From contig CAWEEQ010000001.1 in the NCBI GenBank assembly GCA_963808235.1, positions 224,001 through 288,000 of the forward strand: a stretch of 64,000 nucleotides of DNA. Reading direction: 5' to 3'. The stretch comes from an uncultured delta proteobacterium (lineage in GTDB: Bacteria; Desulfobacterota; Binatia; Binatales; Binataceae). Below the pieces are notes generated by a model, which was not told the DNA's origin, did no database searches, and was given only the letters and a program-made list of their open reading frames with translations. Of this stretch, positions 19,963 to 28,991 are shown one piece after another (the stretch's first letter is position 1; the number at the start of each line of letters is the position of its first letter). The translations under genes were made by a program, and so were the position numbers.

Positions 19963-21636
19963 ATGCCGGAAGATGATCGCAAAATCGGGTCCGCCCGAAA
20001 GAACTGGCAGGAACGCAAACTCGATCCCTCGCTGAAGCGCGGACCCGAGCGCAAAAACAAATTCGTAACGACATCCGGGATCGAGATCAATCGCGCCTAC
20101 GATCCGGACGACTTAAGCGGCTTCGACTTTCTGAACGACGTCGGCTTTCCCGGCGAATATCCGTTCACACGCGGCGTGCAGCCGACGATGTATCGCGGCC
20201 GGTTGTGGACGATGCGGCAGTACGCGGGCTTCGGCAGCGCGGAGGAATCGAATCGCCGTTACCGTTACCTGTTCGAGCAGGGGCAGACCGGGCTGTCGGT
20301 TGCGTTCGACTTGCCGACCCAGATGGGGCGCGATTCGGATCATCCGCTGGCCGAGGGTGAAGTCGGACGCGTCGGCGTGCCGATATGCTCGCTTGCGGAC
20401 ATGGAGACGCTGCTTGCCGAGCTTCCGCTGGACAAGATTTCGACTTCGATGACGATCAACGCGACCGCATCTATCCTGCTCGCGCTTTACCTGGTCGCGG
20501 CAGAGCGGCGCGGCGTGACGTGGGACAAAGTTAACGGAACGATCCAGAACAACGTCCTGAAGGAGTACGTGGCGCGCGGGACGTATATCTATCCGCCGCG
20601 CGGCTCGATGCGGATCATCACGGACATTTTCAGCTTCGCGTCGAAAGAAGTGCCGAACTGGAACACGATATCGATCTCCGGCTACCACATCAGGGAGGCC
20701 GGCTCGACTGCGGCGCAAGAGCTGGCGTTTACGATCGCGGACGGAATCGCGTACGTGGACGCGGCGCTCAAGGCGGGTCTCGAGGTGGATGCGTTCGCGA
20801 GCCGGCTGTCGTTCTTCTTCAACGTGCACAATAATTTCTTCGAAGAGATCGCCAAGTTCCGCGCGGCGCGCCGTTTGTGGGCAAAAATAATGAAAGAGCG
20901 ATTCGGCGCGAAAGACGAACGCTCGATGATGATGCGGTTTCATGCGCAGACCGCGGGATCGACGCTGACCGCCCAGCAGGTCGACAACAACGTGGTGCGG
21001 GTGACGATGCAGGCGCTGGCCGCGGTGCTCGGCGGCGCGCAGTCGTTGCATACAAACTCGAAGGACGAGGCGCTCGCGCTGCCAACGGAGTCATCGGTAC
21101 TGCTCGCGTTGCGCACGCAACAGTTGATCGCTAATGAGACCGAGGTGGCGGACACAGTCGATCCGATCGGCGGATCGTACTACGTCGAGAGCCTGACCAC
21201 GGAGTTGGAGAAGAAGGCGCTCGAGTACTTGTCGAAAATCGACGACTTTGGCGGCGCGGTGGCCGCGATCGAACGCGGATACATGCAGCGCGAAATTCAG
21301 AATGCGGCATTTATTTATCAGCGCGAGATTGAAACGAAGCAGCGAATTATCGTAGGGGTCAATCAATTTACCGAAGGCGGGGCGCCGCCGGGCGAAATCC
21401 TGAGGGTGAAGCCGGAACTCGAGGAGAAACAGAAATTGAGCGTGGCGCGAGTGCGTGCGGAGCGCAATGCGGAGGCGGCAAAGAAAGCGCTCGCACGCGT
21501 CGAAGCGGTCGCGAACGACGGGCAGAATCTGATGCCGCCGATAGTCGACGCGATCCGCCAATGGTGCACGCTTGGGGAGATCTCGGATGCGATGCGAAAG
21601 GTGTTCGGCGAGTATAAGCCGATCAACACGTTGTAG
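19963..21636 (+). CDS. mcmA: Methylmalonyl-CoA mutase, substrate-binding (N-terminal) subunit of a split enzyme
   Basis: [14 protein letters not shown] (Tyr specificity residue), [27 protein letters not shown]; no DxHxxG B12-binding domain. Confidence 0.92.
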   Translation: MPEDDRKIGSARKNWQERKLDPSLKRGPERKNKFVTTSGIEINRAYDPDDLSGFDFLNDVGFPGEYPFTRGVQPTMYRGRLWTMRQYAGFGSAEESNRRYRYLFEQGQTGLSVAFDLPTQMGRDSDHPLAEGEVGRVGVPICSLADMETLLAELPLDKISTSMTINATASILLALYLVAAERRGVTWDKVNGTIQNNVLKEYVARGTYIYPPRGSMRIITDIFSFASKEVPNWNTISISGYHIREAGSTAAQELAFTIADGIAYVDAALKAGLEVDAFASRLSFFFNVHNNFFEEIAKFRAARRLWAKIMKERFGAKDERSMMMRFHAQTAGSTLTAQQVDNNVVRVTMQALAAVLGGAQSLHTNSKDEALALPTESSVLLALRTQQLIANETEVADTVDPIGGSYYVESLTTELEKKALEYLSKIDDFGGAVAAIERGYMQREIQNAAFIYQREIETKQRIIVGVNQFTEGGAPPGEILRVKPELEEKQKLSVARVRAERNAEAAKKALARVEAVANDGQNLMPPIVDAIRQWCTLGEISDAMRKVFGEYKPINTL

Positions 21637-21777
21637 CATGGCGCTGGCGGGATCGATTGATATAAAAAAGAGAGAGACGGATCGTCGCGCGGCGCCCGGG
21701 GGCTTGGTAGGCGCCGCATACTTGAAACAGGGCGCTGGACACCGCGGCGATGCCGGGGTCGTTGGAGAAACAAATAA

Positions 21778-22341
21778 ATGGGGCCGGTTCCGAAGGGCGC
21801 TTTCCTGACCAAGGGTGTTGGAAGACATCGCGAGAAACTCACATCGTTCGAATTGGCGCTGCGATCGGCGGGCATCGCAGAGTTCAACCTGGTGCGGGTC
21901 AAATCGATCTTTCCTCCGAACTGCAAACTGCTGAGCCAACAGGAGGGAATGAAGTACCTGTCGGCGGGACAGATCGTATTTGCCGTGATGAGCGACAACG
22001 CGACCAACGAACCGCATCGGTTGATCGCGTCGTCGGTCGGGGTTGCGATTCCTTCCGATCGCGCGCAGTACGGCTATCTTTCGGAGCATCACAGCATGGG
22101 CGAGACCGATCAGAAGGCGGGCGACTATGCGGAGGATCTGGCGGCGATGATGCTCGCGACGATCCTGGGCGTCGATTTCGATCCGAACTTGAGTTACGAC
22201 GAGCGCAAAGATTTGTGGCGGGTGTCGGACAAGATCGTGACGACGCGCAACGTCACGCAGTCGGCGATCGGCGATCGCGACGGGCTGTGGTCGTCGGTGG
22301 TGGCGGCAGCGGTATTCGTCGATTTGCCGAACGGCAAGTAG
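21778..22341 (+). CDS. pdaD: Pyruvoyl-dependent arginine decarboxylase family proenzyme
   Basis: SFELALRSAGIAEFNLVRVKSIFPP, GYLSEHH, AEDLAAMMLAT, W..VVAAAVF. Confidence 0.85.
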   Translation: MGPVPKGAFLTKGVGRHREKLTSFELALRSAGIAEFNLVRVKSIFPPNCKLLSQQEGMKYLSAGQIVFAVMSDNATNEPHRLIASSVGVAIPSDRAQYGYLSEHHSMGETDQKAGDYAEDLAAMMLATILGVDFDPNLSYDERKDLWRVSDKIVTTRNVTQSAIGDRDGLWSSVVAAAVFVDLPNGK

Positions 22342-22342
22342 T

Positions 22343-22371
22343 TTGAGCGGCGCGGCGAGCGCGAGTACGCT
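22343..22371 (+). promoter_or_regulatory. Candidate sigma-70 promoter giving a leaderless selenoprotein mRNA
   Basis: TTGAGC-N17-TACGCT, 7 nt before the ATG at 22379; no Shine-Dalgarno. Confidence 0.45.
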
Positions 22372-22378
22372 TAGAATT

Positions 22379-22687
22379 ATGGCAACAGAAATTCTCTACT
22401 GCTCTGCTTGAGGCTACAAGCCGCGCGCGGCCAGTCTGGCCGCATCACTTAATTCGAAATTCGGCGAAAACGCTGAAATCAAGGCGGGCAAGTCGGGCCA
22501 GTTCGACGTGATCGTCGACGGGCGCCTGGTCTTCTCGAAATCCAGCAGCGGGCGATTCCCGGTTGACGGCGAAGTTGAAGAGACGTTCGCGGCGCTCAAG
22601 GAAGGGCGCGAACTTCCGCCGGCCCCGGAGAAAAAGAGCGAAGGCTTCGTCGCTCGCGTGATCGGAAAAATCCGGAACGGAAGCTGA
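22379..22687 (+). CDS. SelW/SelT/SelH (Rdx family) selenoprotein, CxxU motif, in-frame UGA at 22409-22411 (absent from ORF track)
   Basis: Read-through translation: MATEILYCSAUGYKPRAASLAASLNSKFGENAEIKAGKSGQFDVIVDGRLVFSKSSSGRFP...; matches Rdx pattern YCxxU/C..G.F.V..DG..vfSK...GrFP. Confidence 0.9.
22427..22443 (+). promoter_or_regulatory. Bacterial SECIS hairpin
   Basis: GCGGCC-AGTCT-GGCCGC stem-loop with G in the apical loop ~22 nt downstream of the UGA. Confidence 0.75.
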
Positions 22688-22712
22688 GATCGCGCTGAGC
22701 TGAATGCGCGCG

Positions 22713-22763
22713 CCCTCACCCGACGCTCAAGGATGAGCGTCGGCCTCTCCCGAAGGGAGAGGC
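22713..22763 (+). repeat. REP-like palindromic element, family A copy 2 (between convergent genes)
   Basis: CCCTCACCCGACGCTCAAGGATGAGCGTCGGCCTCTCCCGAAGGGAGAGGC. Confidence 0.85.
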
Positions 22764-22773
22764 GCTAAAGCTA

Positions 22774-23865
22774 CTAGGGGTGCACGTCGAGGAATTCCTT
22801 GAAGCCGCTCGATTGATGCGGGCCGAAGATAGCCATCTCTAAAATTCCCATCCCTTCGCGGGAGCCGAGCTTCGCTTTGCATACGGCCTGGATGTGCTGG
22901 TAGAGCAGCTCGCGCTCGTTGACGCCCGCCGTCTTGAAGGATTCGTAGGTCGCGACGTCGGGGCCGACGTACATTCCGTGGCCCCATTTCGGATGCATGT
23001 AGCCGATACCCTGCATATAAAAGTTGTAAAGAGTCTTCAGTTCGACGCGGCTCTCGCCGGCTCCTGGACTCTGCAAGATGATTTCGGCACTTTTTGCGTG
23101 GCGCGTTCCTGGAGCGTAATCGACCTTCCATTTCACGGTGCTCGATAGATCGAGCGTCGCGCCAGGATCGGCTCGCGTGACTGCGCCGAATTCGTGCCAT
23201 CGCGATCCGTCGGTGTTTTCGTTCACGTCGAAATGTGTGCAGGTGTCCTCGAAATTGGTCGGCGACCAGAGCCAGAAAAATTGTCCCATCGCCGACGACG
23301 GCACACCCGCGGGATCCTGCGGACCGATGCCGCGCACGCCCCAGGAGCGATCGCGCGAGCCCCAGACTCGTGACGGGGTCGCGTCGTAGGTCTTGCCGGC
23401 AACAGTCAAGCTGCCGGTGTAACCGCCGTGCTGGGTGAAGCGGGTCAGGTCCATTGTGAGCCGGGGGCCGGTGCGGCGGGTGAAGCGCGGCTCCTCGAGT
23501 ATGGGCGCGCGCGCCTCGAACAGGAGGTCGGCTTTCACCGCTTCATGGTTGACGCGCACGCGCAACGTTCGCATCGGGCGGACAACCTCGATCGCGATCG
23601 GGCCGACCCTGGTGTCGAGTCGATCCGCGCCGAGCACTCGCGACGCGCGCACGCAATGCTGCACGCCGCCAACGATCACGCTGAATGCGCAGTCGATGAT
23701 CCCGACGTTCGGATAAATCCCCATCGCGGCGGCGAAGTACGGCTCGCCCTCGCGGAAATAGCCGTTGAAAAAAAATCGATCGTAAAAATTGCGGTCGCTG
23801 GTGAAGACCTGCTGAACCGGCTCGGGGGTTTGATGAATAGGATAGTCGTCGCCCTGCGTAATCAT
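22774..23865 (-). CDS. Conserved hypothetical beta-rich protein (lipocalin/tocopherol-cyclase-like fold suspected)
   Basis: Start MITQGDDYPIHQTPEP overlapping the chdC stop; FYDRFFFNG, RDRSWGVR, FFWLWSP motifs. Confidence 0.7.
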   Translation of the reverse strand: MITQGDDYPIHQTPEPVQQVFTSDRNFYDRFFFNGYFREGEPYFAAAMGIYPNVGIIDCAFSVIVGGVQHCVRASRVLGADRLDTRVGPIAIEVVRPMRTLRVRVNHEAVKADLLFEARAPILEEPRFTRRTGPRLTMDLTRFTQHGGYTGSLTVAGKTYDATPSRVWGSRDRSWGVRGIGPQDPAGVPSSAMGQFFWLWSPTNFEDTCTHFDVNENTDGSRWHEFGAVTRADPGATLDLSSTVKWKVDYAPGTRHAKSAEIILQSPGAGESRVELKTLYNFYMQGIGYMHPKWGHGMYVGPDVATYESFKTAGVNERELLYQHIQAVCKAKLGSREGMGILEMAIFGPHQSSGFKEFLDVHP

Positions 23866-24722
23866 TTTGAATCTCCCTGAAACATTTTGCCCAGTTCGCC
23901 GGCCGCGAGACGGATCCCGACGTAGAACCGGCCGAATTTCGCGTACGACGCGCTGGCTTCGTCGAAACGCATTTCGTAAACGAGTTTTTTGAAGACGAGC
24001 GGATCGTCGGCGAACAAGTCGACGCCCCATTCCCAGTCGTCGAAGCCGATCGAGCCCGAAATAATCTGGGTCACTTCGCCGGCGAAACGGCGCCCGACCA
24101 TCCCGTGATCGTGCATCAGGCGCTGCCGCTGATCGATCGGCAGACGATACCAGTTGTCCGCGCCGTCGCGTTTCTTGTCCATCGGGTAGAAACAGAGGTA
24201 GGTGCGCTCGGGAATTTTCGGAAACAGGCGCGGCGAAATCTTTTCGCGCTGCCGCGCGACTTCGGTGTCGATTTCAGTTTTCCATTCGGGCGATCGAGGG
24301 CCAATTCCTTTTTCGACCAGCCGGCGATAGAGCGCGACGGTGGCTTCGTACAAACCGATTTCGATCACGGACAGGTATGAGGTGGTCGGCTCGAGATAGT
24401 CGCTGAGCGCGAGTTCGGCGACGGCGAGTTCGGCTTGCCCAAGCTCGTCGAAACTTTTGCGGAAGTGGACGATCATCAGATCGCCCTTGTGGCCGAGGGC
24501 GGAGAAGAGCGCGCTCTCACCGTCCTCGCGACGAGACATCGCGTCGAACAGGCGCGATGCGTCGTCGACGAGCACTTTGCGCCGGGCTGCGTCGAGCTCG
24601 CGCCAATCTCGTCGACGGACGCGAAACATCTGATGCAAAATGCTGTAGCCCTCGAGCGTGAGAGGCGCGGCGGGAAAATCGCCGGGAATTTTCGGTTCGT
24701 TCGAGCTTCGGGCGTTGCTCAT
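23862..24722 (-). CDS. chdC: Coproheme decarboxylase (HemQ/ChdC)
   Basis: TLEGYSILHQMF, YLSVIEIG, CFYPMDKKR (catalytic Tyr/Lys), MHDHG (proximal His), QIISGSIGFDDWEWGVDLF, YEMRFDEASA. Confidence 0.9.
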   Translation of the reverse strand: MSNARSSNEPKIPGDFPAAPLTLEGYSILHQMFRVRRRDWRELDAARRKVLVDDASRLFDAMSRREDGESALFSALGHKGDLMIVHFRKSFDELGQAELAVAELALSDYLEPTTSYLSVIEIGLYEATVALYRRLVEKGIGPRSPEWKTEIDTEVARQREKISPRLFPKIPERTYLCFYPMDKKRDGADNWYRLPIDQRQRLMHDHGMVGRRFAGEVTQIISGSIGFDDWEWGVDLFADDPLVFKKLVYEMRFDEASASYAKFGRFYVGIRLAAGELGKMFQGDSK

Positions 24723-24739
24723 GGCGGCAATTCTAGACG

Positions 24740-26137
24740 CTAAGTCGCCGGATGTCTTGATGCGCGCGAGCTGGCGCATGAACGGACGAGAGCTTCCGCG
24801 ACGCCGGGATTCGAGGCCCAGTGCGCGTGAACGTACGACGCGAGCAGGTTTCCGACACGATAACCCTCGGCGAATGGCGCGCCGCCCCATCGTGGTTTAA
24901 CGTCATAGACGCGGTCGACTCGATCTTCAGCGCGCGCGTTCTCGAGAGTCGAATAGCGAAACTGATGGCCGCGAAAGCGGGTGTGGGCAGGACCGATGAT
25001 CGAGTCGGCGCTGGTCTCGACTTCGACGTAGCCGAGCGCCTGCAGGCGGTCGGACATGACAGCGACGCCGGGGATGAGCGAGCTCATCGGCCACGTGGCG
25101 CCGTCGAGGGTGCGGATTGCTTCGCACAGGTACATCAAGCCGCCGCACTCGGCGTAGATTACGCCGCGTCGCGCTGCGAAGCTGCGAATCGCTTCGAGCA
25201 TCGCGGTGTTCGACGAGAGTTCGCGCGCGACTGCTTCAGGATACCCGCCGCCAAAATAGAGGGCGTCGACGTCGGGCAGTTTGCGATCGCGAGTCGGTGA
25301 GAAGTTGACAAGTTCCGCGCCGAGTGTGCGGAGGCGATTCAAATTGTCCTCGTAGTAAAAGTGAAAAGCGTCGTCGCGCGCGACGCCGATGCGGCAACGC
25401 GGATGCGATGATGACGCGACTTCGGTTGGATCGGATGCGGAGATGTCTGGAGCGGAGCGCGCGATTTTCAAGATCGCGTCGAGGTCCAGCCATTCGGAGC
25501 CGAGCCGAGCCCAGGCGTCGATTAAGCGTTGGGGCACAGTCGATTCGTCCGCCATCAGGAGACCGAGATGGCGTTCGGGAAAGGCGAGTTCGGGATGCAC
25601 GGGAAAACCGCCGACGATGGGGACTTCGGGGTTTGCGGCGCGCAGGAGATCGAGATGGCCACGCGAGCCGACTCGATTACAGATCATGCCGGCGACGCGG
25701 ACCGCGGGATCGAAGCGCGCAAAGCCATGCGCGATCGCCACGACGGTGCGCGCGATTCCCGATGCGTCGGTGACGACGAGGACGGGGGCGTCGAGCCACT
25801 TTGCGATTTCGGCGGTCGAGCCTTCGTCGCCGGTTGGGGTGGCGGAATCAAACAGGCCCATCATCCCTTCGATCACGGCGAGGTCGGCGCCGGCGGAGAC
25901 GCGCGCGAAAGTCGCGAGCACGCTGTCGCGGGTCATCATCCAGCCGTCGAGGTTGTGCGAACGAACGCCCGCCGCGCGTTCGTGATAGGTGGGATCGAGG
26001 TAGTCGGGGCCGCACTTGAAGGCGGCAAGCTTGAGACCTCTCGCGCGCATCGCACCCATCAGGGCAACGGTGTCGGTGGTCTTGCCCGCGCCGCTACCGG
26101 TCGCGGCGACGACGATACGAGGAATTTTGCTCGGCAT
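24740..26137 (-). CDS. cbiA: Cobyrinate a,c-diamide synthase
   Basis: SGAGKTT, FKCGPDYLDP, IEGMMGLFD, ERHLGL, AFHFYY, GGGYPE, AECGGLMYL, SYVHAH. Confidence 0.93.
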   Translation of the reverse strand: MPSKIPRIVVAATGSGAGKTTDTVALMGAMRARGLKLAAFKCGPDYLDPTYHERAAGVRSHNLDGWMMTRDSVLATFARVSAGADLAVIEGMMGLFDSATPTGDEGSTAEIAKWLDAPVLVVTDASGIARTVVAIAHGFARFDPAVRVAGMICNRVGSRGHLDLLRAANPEVPIVGGFPVHPELAFPERHLGLLMADESTVPQRLIDAWARLGSEWLDLDAILKIARSAPDISASDPTEVASSSHPRCRIGVARDDAFHFYYEDNLNRLRTLGAELVNFSPTRDRKLPDVDALYFGGGYPEAVARELSSNTAMLEAIRSFAARRGVIYAECGGLMYLCEAIRTLDGATWPMSSLIPGVAVMSDRLQALGYVEVETSADSIIGPAHTRFRGHQFRYSTLENARAEDRVDRVYDVKPRWGGAPFAEGYRVGNLLASYVHAHWASNPGVAEALVRSCASSRASRHPAT

Positions 26138-26148
26138 GATTCAGCTGT

Positions 26149-27120
26149 TCAGCCGTTTACCAGCGGGAGGACTTCATTGACCAAGCGGTCGAACTGGCCG
26201 CGTTGATCCCATGAGGTGATTCGAAGCGCGATCGACTTGGCTCCACTGCTCGCGAGTTCGCGCAAATTCGCGGCGCATTGCGCGGGGGTGCCGGCGGCGG
26301 TGAACGTCTCGACGATCTGCGCTGCGAAGACGGGACCGTAGTACTGATCGAGAAAGCGCTTGGACTCTTCGAGTGCGGCGGCGCGATCCGAATTGATGTT
26401 GATGTTATGGTAACTGATGTTCGGGAACTTGTCGGGATCTTTTCCTTCGTCGCGCAGATAGCCGGAGAGTTTCGACCACAGGCCGGCGAACATCCCGGGG
26501 AAGAGCTGCACGGTCATCCATCCGTCGGCGAGCTTCGCGACCCGGCGCAACGGTTTTTCGGATTGCGCCGGAGTTGGATTCGCGGCGATCCAGATCGGGC
26601 ACGGTTGCTGAACGGGGCGCGGCGTGATCGTGACGCCCGAGAATGACTTGTACTTGCCGGCGAAGCTGACCTCGTCCCCGGTCCATAGGCGGCGGCATAT
26701 TTCGATATTTTCGGCCATCCGATTTCCACGTTGTCCGTCGGTGATGTTCCAGACGCCGCCTTCCTTCGCGCTGACGCCGCCCGCGACGATACCAGTGCAC
26801 GCGGCAAGCCGCATCCGGCCGTTCGAGACGAGGTCGAGCGTCGCCCACTGATGCGCGAAAATGATCGGATCGCGAATCGGAAAGCTCGCCATGCATCCGA
26901 CGCCCAACTTCACGCGCGAAGTCGCGCCGGCGAGCGCGCCGAGCAGCGCAATTGATTCAGGCCGCGGCTTCGCCATCAGGCTGTCGCCGACCCAGAGCGA
27001 ATCGAAAAGCGCGATGCTGTCAACGTCGCGCGCAATCGCGATCATCTCGGGCCAGGTCGCGACACCGAAAAAGATGCCGCGTTGCGGAATCGTGAAACCA
27101 AAACTCACTTTGTCGGGCAT
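26149..27120 (-). CDS. LLM-class flavin-dependent oxidoreductase
   Basis: FDSLWVGDSL, WATLDLVSNGR, PRPVQQPCPIWIAA, ADGW. Confidence 0.88.
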   Translation of the reverse strand: MPDKVSFGFTIPQRGIFFGVATWPEMIAIARDVDSIALFDSLWVGDSLMAKPRPESIALLGALAGATSRVKLGVGCMASFPIRDPIIFAHQWATLDLVSNGRMRLAACTGIVAGGVSAKEGGVWNITDGQRGNRMAENIEICRRLWTGDEVSFAGKYKSFSGVTITPRPVQQPCPIWIAANPTPAQSEKPLRRVAKLADGWMTVQLFPGMFAGLWSKLSGYLRDEGKDPDKFPNISYHNININSDRAAALEESKRFLDQYYGPVFAAQIVETFTAAGTPAQCAANLRELASSGAKSIALRITSWDQRGQFDRLVNEVLPLVNG

Positions 27121-27140
27121 CGTCTTCGATCCTCCAGATT

Positions 27141-27911
27141 TCAGCTGAACCTCAGGCGGGCGCCCTGCAAAAGATCGGCATCGAGCAAAGTCGGATCGCC
27201 GTCGGCGCTCGCGAGTATAGCTTCGTAAGGCGATTGGCCGCGGTCGTGAATCCATCGGGCGATCGGACCGTGCTCAGACTTCGATGCGAGCAGCTGGATC
27301 TCGCTGGGCCCGAGCGAGAAACAGACGCCGGTCGCTTCGAGCTGGGGACGATGGACCGGAGCGCCGGGGCGGCCAAGCACTCGCGCGTAGCAGCGGCTGG
27401 TCGCGCCGGGATCCTCGACGGCGACTACGATGGTTTGGATGCCGGTCGCGCCGTTTGAGTGCGAGCGCTCATGCGGAACACGCTCGTCGCGCGGAGTGTC
27501 GTCCTTGATGAGGAACGGCAACTGGCCGTTGAAAGGAGGCGCGGGAATCGCGAGCATCCACCTGAGGTGGTGACCGTCGGGACGATCTCGCGTGAGCGGA
27601 GACGGATCGGAGATCTTCGCGCCGGCGCGGCGCAGGGATTCAACGTCGGCGGTGAGATCGTCGGTGCGCATGCAGAAATCGATGATGCAGCCGCCCTTGT
27701 CGAGGGCCATTTGCCATGGATGTCCGGGGACGGGCTTCACGAATGCGATCAGTTCGAGATAGCTGCCGTCGGCGAATGCGATGAGCGCGTTGTGGGTGCC
27801 GATCGGATGTGTTCCGCCGCGAACGACGGTGAATCCGGCGCTGGTGAAACTTGCGATCGCGGATTCGAGTTCGCTGACGACGATGACGACGTGGTCGATG
27901 CCCTGGAACAT
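27141..27911 (-). CDS. VOC/glyoxalase-like protein (Glyoxalase_3)
   Basis: IDHVVIVV, GGTHPIGTHNALIAFADGSYLELI, LPFLIKD. Confidence 0.88.
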   Translation of the reverse strand: MFQGIDHVVIVVSELESAIASFTSAGFTVVRGGTHPIGTHNALIAFADGSYLELIAFVKPVPGHPWQMALDKGGCIIDFCMRTDDLTADVESLRRAGAKISDPSPLTRDRPDGHHLRWMLAIPAPPFNGQLPFLIKDDTPRDERVPHERSHSNGATGIQTIVVAVEDPGATSRCYARVLGRPGAPVHRPQLEATGVCFSLGPSEIQLLASKSEHGPIARWIHDRGQSPYEAILASADGDPTLLDADLLQGARLRFS

Positions 27912-27963
27912 GGCGGCCCTCTCGAGTGCGTAGGTTCGGCAGCGCTCGTGAGAGTATATCGAA

Positions 27964-28842
27964 TTACATGAGTTGCGAGCGTTCCAGCAAGCGAGCGGCC
28001 GGGGCGGAGACGTGGGCGGTGCGCGCGTGGACGCGGCGGGCGTACTGGGCGCCTAGATCGAACCATTCGAGACCCGGGAGGCGCGCAATCGCGCGGTCGA
28101 CTGCCGCAAGACGCTCGACGCCGTTGGGACCAGGGAACAGGTACGCGCATACCCGGCGCATCGAAGGGTCGCCGCGCACAGTCACGCCTACCGGAGTCCA
28201 GAAATGTCGGACGAGAAATGCGGTGAGTCGGCGCGCGACGGGCGGGGCAAGGCGGACGCGGGCCTGGTTGAAGTAGAAGGCGAAGTGGCGGCGCTCGTCC
28301 TTGATGATTCGCTCGAGGATCGTCGTCAACAGCGAACGCTGGCCGCCAGAGCCATCGTGGGGGTTCTCAGTTGCGCTGATGAGAGCCTGGTAGCCGGTCA
28401 GCGTCGAGATCTCGTTGATCGCGCCAAAGGTCATGTGCACTGCGGGAAAGTGGCGGGTGAGCCGGGACAGGATCGCGATGCCCGGCCGGATCACGCGATC
28501 GGCGAGACTGGTGCGACTGCGCAGATCGGCGAAGCGTTGATCATCGATCGCCACGTCCTGGGTCGCGAGGAAGCGGCGCAGCAAAAGCGAGTGGAAAAAT
28601 TCCTCATATGCCCAACATGACAGGAATGAGGTGACATGGTTCTCGCGGACGATGCGGGTGGAGAGCAAGTCGCGCAAATAGACGATGGTGTGCGATTCGA
28701 TATCCATCATGTAAGCGATGGTGAACAGAGCGTCGTCGCTGAGGCGCGGCTGAGGCAGGGTCCAATCGATCGATTCGGGTTTGGTCGCGCCCGAGACGCG
28801 CAAGTAGCGATCGAGGTCGAAGGTGGTCTCGATGAGGTTCAT
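27964..28842 (-). CDS. Ferritin-like di-iron protein (acyl-ACP desaturase-like)
   Basis: Di-iron ligands DIESH, WAYEEFFH, NEIST, DERRH. Confidence 0.8.
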   Translation of the reverse strand: MNLIETTFDLDRYLRVSGATKPESIDWTLPQPRLSDDALFTIAYMMDIESHTIVYLRDLLSTRIVRENHVTSFLSCWAYEEFFHSLLLRRFLATQDVAIDDQRFADLRSRTSLADRVIRPGIAILSRLTRHFPAVHMTFGAINEISTLTGYQALISATENPHDGSGGQRSLLTTILERIIKDERRHFAFYFNQARVRLAPPVARRLTAFLVRHFWTPVGVTVRGDPSMRRVCAYLFPGPNGVERLAAVDRAIARLPGLEWFDLGAQYARRVHARTAHVSAPAARLLERSQLM

Positions 28843-28926
28843 ATTCGATATACGAATCGAAACGGCAATTGGATTAGGTGGCGGCGAGTTAGTGATTTTC
28901 AACAGAAACGGAATTTGGAGATCGGA

Positions 28927-28979
28927 CCCTCACCCTCGCCTCGAAGACTCGGCACGGCCTCTCCCTATCAGGGAGAGGC
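28927..28979 (+). repeat. REP-like palindromic element, family A copy 3
   Basis: CCCTCACCCTCGCCTCGAAGACTCGGCACGGCCTCTCCCTATCAGGGAGAGGC. Confidence 0.8.
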
Positions 28980-28991
28980 AAAGAAAAACTG

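Noticed and set aside
16310-21636. Autotrophic 3-hydroxypropionate or 3HP/4HB pathway, or isobutyryl-CoA mutase
   Set aside because: No diagnostic enzymes (malonyl-CoA reductase, 4-hydroxybutyryl-CoA dehydratase) in the window; the mutase has Tyr (RQYAGF), not Phe
22414-22719. 101-aa minus-strand ORF
   Set aside because: Shadow of the plus-strand selenoprotein
24740-26137. Cobalamin riboswitch near cbiA or the mutase
   Set aside because: Upstream gaps are only 11-15 bp and no B12-box is visible
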